DNA from: Candidatus Eiseniibacteriota bacterium
Lineage (GTDB): Bacteria > Arandabacterota > Arandabacteria > Arandabacterales > Arandabacteraceae
Reading direction: 5' to 3'
DNA: 14,875 nt
Assembly: GCA_043810925.1 (NCBI GenBank)
Contig: JBDRNT010000053.1
Span: 1-14,875 of the forward strand
Of this stretch, positions 6,893 to 14,875 are shown in pieces. The stretch's first letter is position 1, and every line of letters starts with the position of its first letter. A model generated the notes under the pieces. The model saw only the letters and a program-made list of their open reading frames with translations, was not told the DNA's origin and made no database searches. The translations under genes and the position numbers were made by a program.

Positions 6893-7723
6893 ATGCAGGA
6901 TTACGAAGATGCAGTGAACGCGATTTACAGCAGCGGGGGTCTCGCCTCGCGAATTCTCCAGGCGCTTGAACGCGCCGGGGTCGATGTTGATAACCTTTCC
7001 GTCGATGCGCTGACCCCGCTCGAGGAGCTCCACATTGCAGGACGGAAGCATACGCTTCATATGGCGCAGCTTGTCGGACTCGTTGCCGGGATGCAGGTCA
7101 TCGATATCGGCTGCGGGATCGGCGGACCGGCCAGGGCGCTTGCCCACCACTTCGGATGTAAGGTTTCAGGTATCGATCTCACCAAGGAGTTCTGCTCCGT
7201 CGGCAGAATGCTTACGGAGCGTACAGGACTTGGGGAGATGGTGGAGATCCGTCATGCAGACGCCGTCGATCTGCCCTTTGACGATGCCGTCTTCGACGTG
7301 GCCTGGCTCCAACACACGATAACCAATGTCCCCGATAAGGCACGGCTCTTCAGCGAGATCGCACGGGTTCTCAGGTCTCGCGGCAAGGTTGCGCTATATG
7401 AGGTCGTGTCCGGTACTGAGCCCGTCGCACATTTCCCTGTACCATGGACGCGTGATGCGAGCGTGAGCTTCCTGGTTGAAGAAGCAGAGCTTCTGGATTA
7501 TCTCAATTCAGCGGGTTTCATCTGCGAGAGATGGGATGATCTTACCGGGAAATCAATCGACTTCCTCGAGAGGGTCTTGGCCAAACCCGGGAAAAGGGGA
7601 TCCCCTGGGCTCAGCCCGGGCGTGATCCTCGGACCCGAATACCGCCTCATGATGACCAATGTCCTCAAGAACATGGAGGAGAATCGCATGAGAGTGGTTC
7701 AGGGCGTTTTCATCCTGGCTTAA
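6893..7723 (+). CDS. Class I SAM-dependent methyltransferase (sarcosine/dimethylglycine N-methyltransferase-like or UbiE-like)
   Basis: VIDIGCGIGGPAR motif I, GIDLT, DLPFDDAVFD, RVLRSRG. Start placed at ATG 6893. Substrate unknown. Confidence 0.88.
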   Translation: MQDYEDAVNAIYSSGGLASRILQALERAGVDVDNLSVDALTPLEELHIAGRKHTLHMAQLVGLVAGMQVIDIGCGIGGPARALAHHFGCKVSGIDLTKEFCSVGRMLTERTGLGEMVEIRHADAVDLPFDDAVFDVAWLQHTITNVPDKARLFSEIARVLRSRGKVALYEVVSGTEPVAHFPVPWTRDASVSFLVEEAELLDYLNSAGFICERWDDLTGKSIDFLERVLAKPGKRGSPGLSPGVILGPEYRLMMTNVLKNMEENRMRVVQGVFILA

Positions 7724-10359
7724 GCGAGTTCGTGCGTGGTTCTGCGTATGAACACGGTATTGATTCTGGCGATGACGTAGCCGCACCCCAGGGCCACTGC
7801 CATATAGAGCCAGTGCGTTCCTCCGAGCGGGCCTACCTTGAAGAGCGCGCTCAGAGGCGTATAGACCACAGCGAGCTGAAGGCCGAGGGACACAAGCACG
7901 GCCCAGATGAGCCACTTATTCGAGAAAGCGCTTGTGTGGTACGCAGAGCGGATCATCTGAAGTCTTACGATCTCCATGAGTACCAGAGTCATGAAAGCCA
8001 TCGTGCGGCCGGTCTCAAGACTCTCGTGAAGACCGACGTGATACATGGCGAGTGTTACTACGCACATCAGGAGTCCCATACTCAGGACGTTTAAGAACAT
8101 CGCAGGAGACATGATCCTGTCGGTCGGTCTTCTCGGTGGTCGTGCCATGGCATCCCCGGCAATGGGATCGACCCCCAGAGCTACAGCCGGGAGACCATCG
8201 GTCACGAGGTTCACCCACAGGAGCTGGACTGCAACCAGCGGAAGCGGGAGACCCATCAGGGTTCCGACAAGAATTATGAGGACCTCCCCGATATTGCCCG
8301 ACAGGAGATAGTTGACGAACTTCCTCAGGTTGTCGTATATGCCGCGACCTTCCTCGACGGCACTTACAATCGATGCGAAGTTGTCATCCGTGAGGATCAT
8401 ATCACTGGCTTCTTTCGCTACATCCGTACCGGTGATTCCCATCGCAATCCCGATGTCGGCTTCTTTGAGCGCGGGGGCATCGTTGACCCCATCACCCGTC
8501 ATGGCCACCACGTGCCCGCGTTTTTCCAGTGCCCTTACGATCTTCACCTTATCCGCGGGATTGACCCGCGCATAGATGGAGACCTGATCGATCTTCCGTT
8601 CAAGATCTTCATCACTTATCGTGTGAAGTTCTGCGCCGCTCAGGGTTTCACCCTTGATATCCAGATCCTCACCGATCGCCCGAGCGGTGGTCATGAGGTC
8701 CCCGGTTACCATGACAACCTTGATACCGGCATCCTTGCACCTGGCAATCGCCGCCTTGACCTCTTCCCTCGGTGGATCAATCATTGCCTGCAATCCCACA
8801 AAGACGAGACCCTGCTCGTATGTCTCCTTCGTCTCCCCGTCGGTGAGTTCCTTACAGGCAAAACCAAGCACGCGGAGGGCGGCAGCGGCATACTCTTCGT
8901 TCTTTGAGAGTATGATTTGCCTGTCGCTGTCATTGAGGTCCGCCGTCTCTCCGTCGACCCACATCCTGTTACACTCATCCAGCAGGAGATCGGGGGCACC
9001 TTTGACATATGCGTAACGCTTGCCGTCGATCTCATGCACGGTGGTCATCCGCTTCCGCTCGGAATCAAAGGGTAGTTCACCGATCCTGGGATACCGGTTA
9101 TCGAGATCCGTCTTATCCAGACCTGCCTTAAGCGCCGACGTTATGAGACAGGCCTCCGTCGGATCGCCGCTGACACTCCACGTCTCACGGTCGATCGTCG
9201 CGTCATTATTGAGGGCCCCGATCCTCAGGATGAGATCAAGCCCGCTCGCATCGATAGAAAAGCCACCCTCCGGTCTGTAACCCGACCCTTCCACTTCGAC
9301 ATCCCTGCCGCTTACGAAGATGCGTTTGACCGTCATCTCGTTCCGGGTGAGCGTACCGGTCTTATCCGAGCAGATCACCGTGGTGCAGCCGAGGGTCTCG
9401 ACACTGGGAAGATGTCTCACGAGGGCGTTCCGCGCGACCATACGTCTCACTCCAAGCGAGAGCGAAATCGTCACCACCGCCGGGAGTCCCTCCGGAATTG
9501 CCGCAACCGCGAGCGCAACGGCGGCAAAGAAAATCTCGAGCGCCTCCCCCTCATGGATCAAAAGCCCGGTAAGAAAGACCACCGCACAGACTGCGACCGT
9601 CAGAATGCCAAGCCATTTGCCGAAGGTTGCCAGTTGTCTTTGAAGCGGGCTCTCATCGACATCAGCTGACTGGATCATCTCCGCTATCTTGCCGATCTCG
9701 GTCTGCATCCCGGTTCCGCAGACCAGGGCCTTGCCATGGCCCCGCGTAACCACGGTACCTGCAAAGACCATATCGGACATATCGGCTATGGCAATATCGC
9801 CGCCATGTCCGGAGAGATCAGGAGCAACGTCCTTTGTGACAGGCGTGGATTCACCCGTGAGCGCCGCTTCCTGAGTCTCGAGTTCGACTTCCTCGATCAC
9901 GCGGCAATCCGCCGGAACTTTCTTGCCTGTACCAAGCACGATGATGTCGCCGGGGACCACCTCCGTGGCATCGATCTCCTCTGCGCTACCGTCCCGCAGG
10001 ACTGTGGCCTTAAGCCCGGCCATCTTCTTCAGAGCATCTATCGCCTTCTCCGCCCTGAACTCCTGCACGAAACCGAGGACGGCATTGAGTACGAGGATTA
10101 CCACGATAACCGTAGCATCTATGCTCTCCCCTATGACCAGCGACACGACTACGGCACCCAGCAAAACCCAGATCACAGGTGAGTTGAACTGCGTGAGGAA
10201 GATCCGCCACCATGGTACGCGGCCGGTCTCCTTGATCTCATTTCGCCCGTACTTGATGAGTCTCCGGGCTGCCTCGCTTTTCGACAGGCCGCGCTCGGAC
10301 GTATCGAAATGTGCGAAGAGATTCTCCAAAGACTCCGTTGCGTAGGTCGTCTCCACCAA
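7720..10359 (-). CDS. Cation-transporting P-type ATPase, type IIA (Ca2+/Mn2+, PMR1/SERCA-like)
   Basis: LTGES, AIPEGLP, CSDKTGTLT, KGAP, DPPR, MTGDGVNDAPAL and QLLWVNLVTDGLPA motifs; TTG/GTG start after AAGGAGG. Confidence 0.95.
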   Translation of the reverse strand: MVETTYATESLENLFAHFDTSERGLSKSEAARRLIKYGRNEIKETGRVPWWRIFLTQFNSPVIWVLLGAVVVSLVIGESIDATVIVVILVLNAVLGFVQEFRAEKAIDALKKMAGLKATVLRDGSAEEIDATEVVPGDIIVLGTGKKVPADCRVIEEVELETQEAALTGESTPVTKDVAPDLSGHGGDIAIADMSDMVFAGTVVTRGHGKALVCGTGMQTEIGKIAEMIQSADVDESPLQRQLATFGKWLGILTVAVCAVVFLTGLLIHEGEALEIFFAAVALAVAAIPEGLPAVVTISLSLGVRRMVARNALVRHLPSVETLGCTTVICSDKTGTLTRNEMTVKRIFVSGRDVEVEGSGYRPEGGFSIDASGLDLILRIGALNNDATIDRETWSVSGDPTEACLITSALKAGLDKTDLDNRYPRIGELPFDSERKRMTTVHEIDGKRYAYVKGAPDLLLDECNRMWVDGETADLNDSDRQIILSKNEEYAAAALRVLGFACKELTDGETKETYEQGLVFVGLQAMIDPPREEVKAAIARCKDAGIKVVMVTGDLMTTARAIGEDLDIKGETLSGAELHTISDEDLERKIDQVSIYARVNPADKVKIVRALEKRGHVVAMTGDGVNDAPALKEADIGIAMGITGTDVAKEASDMILTDDNFASIVSAVEEGRGIYDNLRKFVNYLLSGNIGEVLIILVGTLMGLPLPLVAVQLLWVNLVTDGLPAVALGVDPIAGDAMARPPRRPTDRIMSPAMFLNVLSMGLLMCVVTLAMYHVGLHESLETGRTMAFMTLVLMEIVRLQMIRSAYHTSAFSNKWLIWAVLVSLGLQLAVVYTPLSALFKVGPLGGTHWLYMAVALGCGYVIARINTVFIRRTTHELA

Positions 10360-10441
10360 CCTGTAAGATCTCCTCCTTCACCAACCCACACGGAGGCGGT
10401 CGCAAGTCGTGACCACCGTCACTTGATTCTCACTGAACCTG

Positions 10442-10469
10442 ATTCTATAGGAAGCCTCTCCAAAGACAA
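10442..10469 (-). promoter_or_regulatory. Putative sigma70 promoter of the P-type ATPase
   Basis: Minus strand reads TTGTCT-N16-TAGAAT. Confidence 0.45.
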
Positions 10470-10669
10470 CGGCTTATCTCTGGTCCGGCCATGCGGGGTG
10501 TGCTACGATCGCCTGAGCGATCAAGCCCCGGAGGAACATTCTGCACCACTATTTGGGAACATTTCGGCAACTATGGGTGTATAAATCCACAGAGGGTAGC
10601 CCCTTTCTTGCCGGCACGGATAGCCACGCCGTCCCAAGCGAAAAGTATTCCCCTGCACAGGAGACCACA

Positions 10670-13102
10670 ATGCCTAGCTCCAAGGCTTTCCTCGTGCTAT
10701 TTCTGGCACTCGCACTGTACCCCGGCCTCGCCCCGCTCCTGGCACAGGTTGCGGACGATGACAGCGTGAAGAGTATCACGGCGGTACGGGTCAATCCCGG
10801 GGTAAGGATCGACGGCATCCTCGATGACGAATGCTGGAAGGAGGCCCCTCGCTCCGGCGGATTCACCCAGTACCAGCCCGACGACGGCTCCCCGGCCTCA
10901 GAATCGACATTTGTCAGGGTGGCCTATGATGACGAAGCTCTCTATGTCGCCATGCAGATGTACGACTCGGAACCCGAGAAGATCGTAAGCCGCCTGACCC
11001 GTCGCGACAGATGGACGGACGGAGACCTCGTACATGTTATCGTTGACAGCCATCACGACCATAAGACGGCGTACGCCTTCACAACTTATGCCTCCGGCAC
11101 CCAGCGGGACGTTTACTACTGGAATGACAACTGGAGCGACGATACCTGGGATGCTGTATGGGAATCCGCCACTCAAATGACCGATTGGGGCTGGACGGCC
11201 GAATACAGGATCCCATTCCATTGCCTCCGGTTCGCCTCCGAGGAGGACCCGGTCTGGGGCATCTATTTCAGCAGAAGCATCTGCCGCAAGAGCGAACTCG
11301 CTAGATGGCTTTATATTCCCGAAAGTGCCAGCGGGTTCGTGTCCCACTTCGGTCACCTCAAAGGAATGCAGGGCTTGAGTCCGCCCGCAAGGTTGGAGAT
11401 CCTGCCCTATGGTGTCTCCTATGCAGAGACGGAGGCCAAACATCCCGGCAATCCGGACGGACGTGACTATGCTTACGACGCGGGTTTTGATCTTAAGTAC
11501 GGCTTAACATCCAATGTCACGCTTGATGCCACGGTCAATCCCGACTTCGGTCAGGTGGAGGCCGACGAGACAGTGCTCAATCTCTCGACGTTCGAGACAC
11601 GCTACCCCGAGAAACGCCCGTTCTTCCTTGAGGGAAGCAAGATCTTCGACACGCCCTTTGACCTTTTCTACTCACGCCGGATCGGGAGACCGCCATCAAT
11701 GGCCCCGGAGGATCTGGATTACTATATCGATCGCCCCATGGCGACCACGATTCTCGCCGCCGCAAAGGTAAGCGGAAAAACAGCCGGCGGGACGTCGTTC
11801 GGCGTCCTCGAATCAGTGACCCGCCGCGAAAAGGCCCGGTACGTAGATACGACCGGGGTTAAGATGACCGCGATAACGGAACCCGAAGCCAACTATCTCG
11901 TGGGCAGGGTCAAGCAAGATATCCTCGAACGCTCCTCCATAGGAATCATGGCAACAGCGGTCAACCAGGAGAGCGTTTATCCGGAATATACAGGCGGTGC
12001 GGATTGGAACCTTCGATTCCGCGGCGGGGATTACCAGTGCAGCGGCCAGGTGGTGGGCTCATCCACCGGACCGGAAGATGATGGCCTGGGCGGCTCGCTT
12101 GTCTTCGAGAAAGCCGGGGGAGAGCATATTCGCGGCTCAGTATCCGGCGAATATGAGTCCCGGAAGCTCGATATCAATCGCATGGGGTTCCTCGGCCGGC
12201 CTGACTACAGAAGCGGTTGGATGTGGGTCCAGTACCGGACGACCGAGCCCTGGTGGATCGTCAGGAAGACCTGGAACAACTTCAATGTGGGTTATTCCGA
12301 GAACCACGACGGAGTCGCACTTACCCGTGGCGGGAATTTCAACAACAGTGTCGAGCTTAGGAACTTCTGGAGTGTCGGCTGCGGCAGCTGGGTAGACTAT
12401 GATGTCACCTATTCAGACTATGAAACCCGCGGCGGACCGCCCGCTCCGATTCCCATCGGCCAGAACTGGTGGGTCTGGTTCGAGACCAGCAGCAGAAACT
12501 GGTGGCAGGTCGGCGCAAACGTCGGCGGCGGACAAACCTGGGACGGGCATTACAGCAGCTATCAAATGTGGTTGGAGCTCAGGCCCCGGTCTAATGTCGA
12601 GTTCAGACTGGAGCCCAATTATCGGGCTGACCGGGGAGTCTCCCGGTGGGTAGCCACTCTTGAAAACGATGAGGACGACGAAACCGATGATGATTATATC
12701 TTTGGGGAGCAGGACATGGGCCGGTTCGACGTGACCCTCAGGGGAACGGTCACTTTCAGCCGGGACCTGACGCTTCAGGTTTACGCGCAACCATTCATTG
12801 CAGCGGTCGACTACCGGAACTTCAAGCGGCTTCTTCCCACTGAGAACTACGAGTATGTAGACGCTTCAGTTTACGATGAACAGGAAGAAGAGCCCGATTT
12901 CAATATAGGCTCGCTTAATTCAAACGTCGTTCTTCGTTGGGAGTACGGGCCCGGAAGTACGCTTTTCTTCGTGTGGACCCATGCGCGGGAAACCTCGGGC
13001 AGTGAGGGCAAGTTCGCTTTCAACCGTGACTGGGATGGCATCTTTGCCGCCGACTACGGCAATGTCTTCCTCGTAAAGCTAAATTACTGGTGGAGCCTAT
13101 AG
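10670..13102 (+). CDS. Exported CBM9-like + DUF5916-type protein (probable outer-membrane beta-barrel)
   Basis: Signal peptide; IDGILDDECW...V.YDDEALYV...GWTAEYRIPF (CBM9-like); TVNPDFGQVEAD...EKRPFFLEG...FYSRRIG; aromatic C-terminus FLVKLNYWWSL. ATG 10670 follows an AGGAGA RBS. Confidence 0.85.
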   Translation: MPSSKAFLVLFLALALYPGLAPLLAQVADDDSVKSITAVRVNPGVRIDGILDDECWKEAPRSGGFTQYQPDDGSPASESTFVRVAYDDEALYVAMQMYDSEPEKIVSRLTRRDRWTDGDLVHVIVDSHHDHKTAYAFTTYASGTQRDVYYWNDNWSDDTWDAVWESATQMTDWGWTAEYRIPFHCLRFASEEDPVWGIYFSRSICRKSELARWLYIPESASGFVSHFGHLKGMQGLSPPARLEILPYGVSYAETEAKHPGNPDGRDYAYDAGFDLKYGLTSNVTLDATVNPDFGQVEADETVLNLSTFETRYPEKRPFFLEGSKIFDTPFDLFYSRRIGRPPSMAPEDLDYYIDRPMATTILAAAKVSGKTAGGTSFGVLESVTRREKARYVDTTGVKMTAITEPEANYLVGRVKQDILERSSIGIMATAVNQESVYPEYTGGADWNLRFRGGDYQCSGQVVGSSTGPEDDGLGGSLVFEKAGGEHIRGSVSGEYESRKLDINRMGFLGRPDYRSGWMWVQYRTTEPWWIVRKTWNNFNVGYSENHDGVALTRGGNFNNSVELRNFWSVGCGSWVDYDVTYSDYETRGGPPAPIPIGQNWWVWFETSSRNWWQVGANVGGGQTWDGHYSSYQMWLELRPRSNVEFRLEPNYRADRGVSRWVATLENDEDDETDDDYIFGEQDMGRFDVTLRGTVTFSRDLTLQVYAQPFIAAVDYRNFKRLLPTENYEYVDASVYDEQEEEPDFNIGSLNSNVVLRWEYGPGSTLFFVWTHARETSGSEGKFAFNRDWDGIFAADYGNVFLVKLNYWWSL

Positions 13103-13103
13103 A

Positions 13104-13186
13104 TAATTCGGTACCAGCTTGGTAATTTCGGCCACGTGACGGCCTCGTAATTAGTAGGCTGTAATTAGTAAGCTGGCACCGAATTA
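13104..13186. repeat. 83-bp intergenic element bounded by 17-bp inverted repeats (REP-like/MITE-like)
   Basis: TAATTCGGTACCAGCTT (13104-13120) and AAGCTGGCACCGAATTA (13170-13186) are 16/17 complementary. Internal tandem GTAATTAGTA(G/A)GCT x2 at 13147-13174. Confidence 0.75.
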
Positions 13187-13205
13187 CCGGAGGGTTGACG
13201 CTGAT

Positions 13206-14039
13206 ATGAAGATGATGGTTCTTGGCTCGGGTCAGGATGGAGGTATTCCCCACACCGGATGTTATTGCTCCGCGTGTATCCGTGCGCGGCGCCACAAGCG
13301 GCGCCGGCGGCTCGCCCCATCTGTTGCTGTCTGTGACGAGAAAGGTGGGGCCTGCTATTTGGTCGATGCCTCTCCGGATTTCAAGTTTCAAATGGACATG
13401 ATATGGACGCACATTCCCCTGGTGAAGCGAGTCGGGAAGATCCCGGTAAGCGGTATCCTGCTCACACATGCTCACTACGGTCACATCACCGGGTTGTTGC
13501 AGCTTGGAAAAGAGGTATTGAACGAAAGGGGTGTCCCCGTATTCTGCACACCGGCGATGAGTCGATTCCTTTCGACGTCTTCACCTTTCAACCATCTCGT
13601 CGAGGACGGGAACATTGGAATTCACGAAGTAAGGCCTGCCGTGATGATTGAGCTGGGTGGAATCAGCGTCACTCCCATCCAGGTACCTCACCGGAACGAA
13701 ACTGCGGACACAGTCGGCTACATCATAGAAGCTGCAAGAAGAGTTGCTTACATCCCCGATACAGACCGCTGGACAGATGAGACGCTTGAAGAGATTAGGC
13801 ATTGTGACACGGCGATCATCGACGGCACCTTCTATTCATCCGCAGAAATCCCGGGCTACCGCGATGTACCGCATCCGCCGATTAAGGAGACCGTTGACTT
13901 GCTCGAAAGTGCGAGCACGGAGATCTACTTCACACACATCAACCACACAAACGCGGTCAACAGACGCGGTCGCGAGAAGCGAGCGATAGAACGCCTGGGC
14001 TTCAAGATCGCCTATGACGGCCTCACCCTGAGTATCTAG
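13206..14039 (+). CDS. Metallo-beta-lactamase-fold hydrolase, PqqB/PhnP-like
   Basis: VLGSGQDGGIPHTGCYCSAC, LVDASPD, LTHAHYGH, VPHR, IDGTF, PHP and FTHINHTN motifs. Confidence 0.88.
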   Translation: MKMMVLGSGQDGGIPHTGCYCSACIRARRHKRRRRLAPSVAVCDEKGGACYLVDASPDFKFQMDMIWTHIPLVKRVGKIPVSGILLTHAHYGHITGLLQLGKEVLNERGVPVFCTPAMSRFLSTSSPFNHLVEDGNIGIHEVRPAVMIELGGISVTPIQVPHRNETADTVGYIIEAARRVAYIPDTDRWTDETLEEIRHCDTAIIDGTFYSSAEIPGYRDVPHPPIKETVDLLESASTEIYFTHINHTNAVNRRGREKRAIERLGFKIAYDGLTLSI

Positions 14040-14329
14040 GGCTCCCGATCGAAGCCACCCCCAGCTCCGTTCGCTCCACAAGTTCTAGTCCTGTTTGGGG
14101 AGGTGTACGGAACATGTCACTGGATGTGATCGATGACTCGATTTAACCCCAACAGTGCCATGTCATCTGGAAACCGGATACAACGAGTACCGTATCCGAG
14201 AGCACGGAGAGTGCTTAAAGCAATGCAGATATGTGGCATCCGTGGCCGAGTGTTATCTGGAAGGAGAGCGGTCCGAAGGGTCTTGTGCGGAAACCATATA
14301 GTCAGTAGACAGGTTTCGCAGACTTGTGG

Positions 14330-14358
14330 TTCAAATTGTCGTGAACTACACCTATAAT
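14330..14358 (+). promoter_or_regulatory. Putative sigma70 promoter of the MDR oxidoreductase
   Basis: TTCAAA-N17-TATAAT, about 30 bp upstream of the start codon. Confidence 0.5.
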
Positions 14359-14389
14359 CAACGAGTCAAAGTGGACTTGGAGGAGACGG

Positions 14390-14875
14390 ATGAAAGCAAT
14401 CGTTTGCACAAGATACGGACCGCCGGATGTTCTTCAGCTCCAGGAAGTAGAAAGACCTGCCCCCCGGGATAATGACATTCTGGTAAAAGTTCATGCGTCA
14501 ACAGTAACAGCAGGGGATTGCAGAATTCGAAATTTCACATTCCCTCGTTGGTTCTGGCTTCCCGGACGAATAATGTTCGGCCTTAGAAAACCAAGAAGGA
14601 AAATACCAGGGTGTGATCTGGCTGGGGAAATTGAGTCAGTAGGAAAAGATGTAAGGCTATTCAAAAAAGGCGACCCAGTTTTTGGATATACCAAGGGAGT
14701 AAGTTTTAATGGCTGTAATGCCGAGTACAAATGCCTGCCTGAAGAAGGGCTGGTGACCATAAAGCCGGTCAATATCACCTATGAGGAAGCCGCCGCTATC
14801 CCTATTGGGGGACTTACAGCATTGCATCTTCTTCGAAAGGGATCTATCCAGAGTGGACAAAAAGTCCTTATCTAC
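14390..14875 (+). CDS. NAD(P)-dependent alcohol dehydrogenase/quinone oxidoreductase (MDR family), 3'-truncated by the window edge
   Basis: Not in the ORF track because it has no stop. Manual translation gives [25 protein letters not shown]...[12 protein letters not shown]...[25 protein letters not shown]...[15 protein letters not shown]...GQKVLIY. GGAGGA RBS. Confidence 0.92.
   Translation, partial: MKAIVCTRYGPPDVLQLQEVERPAPRDNDILVKVHASTVTAGDCRIRNFTFPRWFWLPGRIMFGLRKPRRKIPGCDLAGEIESVGKDVRLFKKGDPVFGYTKGVSFNGCNAEYKCLPEEGLVTIKPVNITYEEAAAIPIGGLTALHLLRKGSIQSGQKVLIY

Noticed and set aside
7732-10345. Multiple plus-strand ORFs opposite the ATPase
   Set aside because: Antisense shadows of a well-conserved gene.
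10360-10669. yybP-ykoY (Mn2+) riboswitch upstream of the P-type ATPase
   Set aside because: Plausible from context, but I could not find its conserved sequence features on the minus strand; an Rfam scan is needed.
14114-14357. 10-codon ORF after a GGAGGT RBS (14114-14146) and the 74-aa ORF 14133-14357
   Set aside because: No recognisable similarity, and the longer ORF lacks an RBS and runs over the downstream promoter; insufficient support.
14491-14860. Minus-strand ORFs at the window end
   Set aside because: Shadows of the plus-strand MDR oxidoreductase starting at 14390.

Overview
Bacterial, fairly GC-rich window, probably starting at a contig edge. Bases 1-1899 are a complete IS4-family element with perfect 17-bp terminal inverted repeats. 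It carries a DDE transposase (minus strand) and a divergent 117-aa DUF6788-like ORF, with a perfect 24-bp palindrome between them. The element sits 4 bp from a short REP-like motif that recurs as an inverted pair at 13104-13186. The remaining genes are: a secreted 7-repeat FG-GAP protein with a FlgD-Ig-like tail (-); an iron-sulfur flavoprotein, a TIGR04076-like protein, a GbsR/MarR regulator with a clear promoter and operator, an exported MsrA-MsrB fusion and a SAM methyltransferase (all +); a type IIA P-type ATPase (-); a CBM9-like/DUF5916 protein, a PqqB/PhnP-like metallo-beta-lactamase-fold protein and a truncated MDR oxidoreductase that is missing from the ORF track (all +). The best candidate for an undescribed system is the two-gene, possibly self-regulated and repeat-targeting IS4 element. 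Family calls come from motif recognition by eye; no searches were run.
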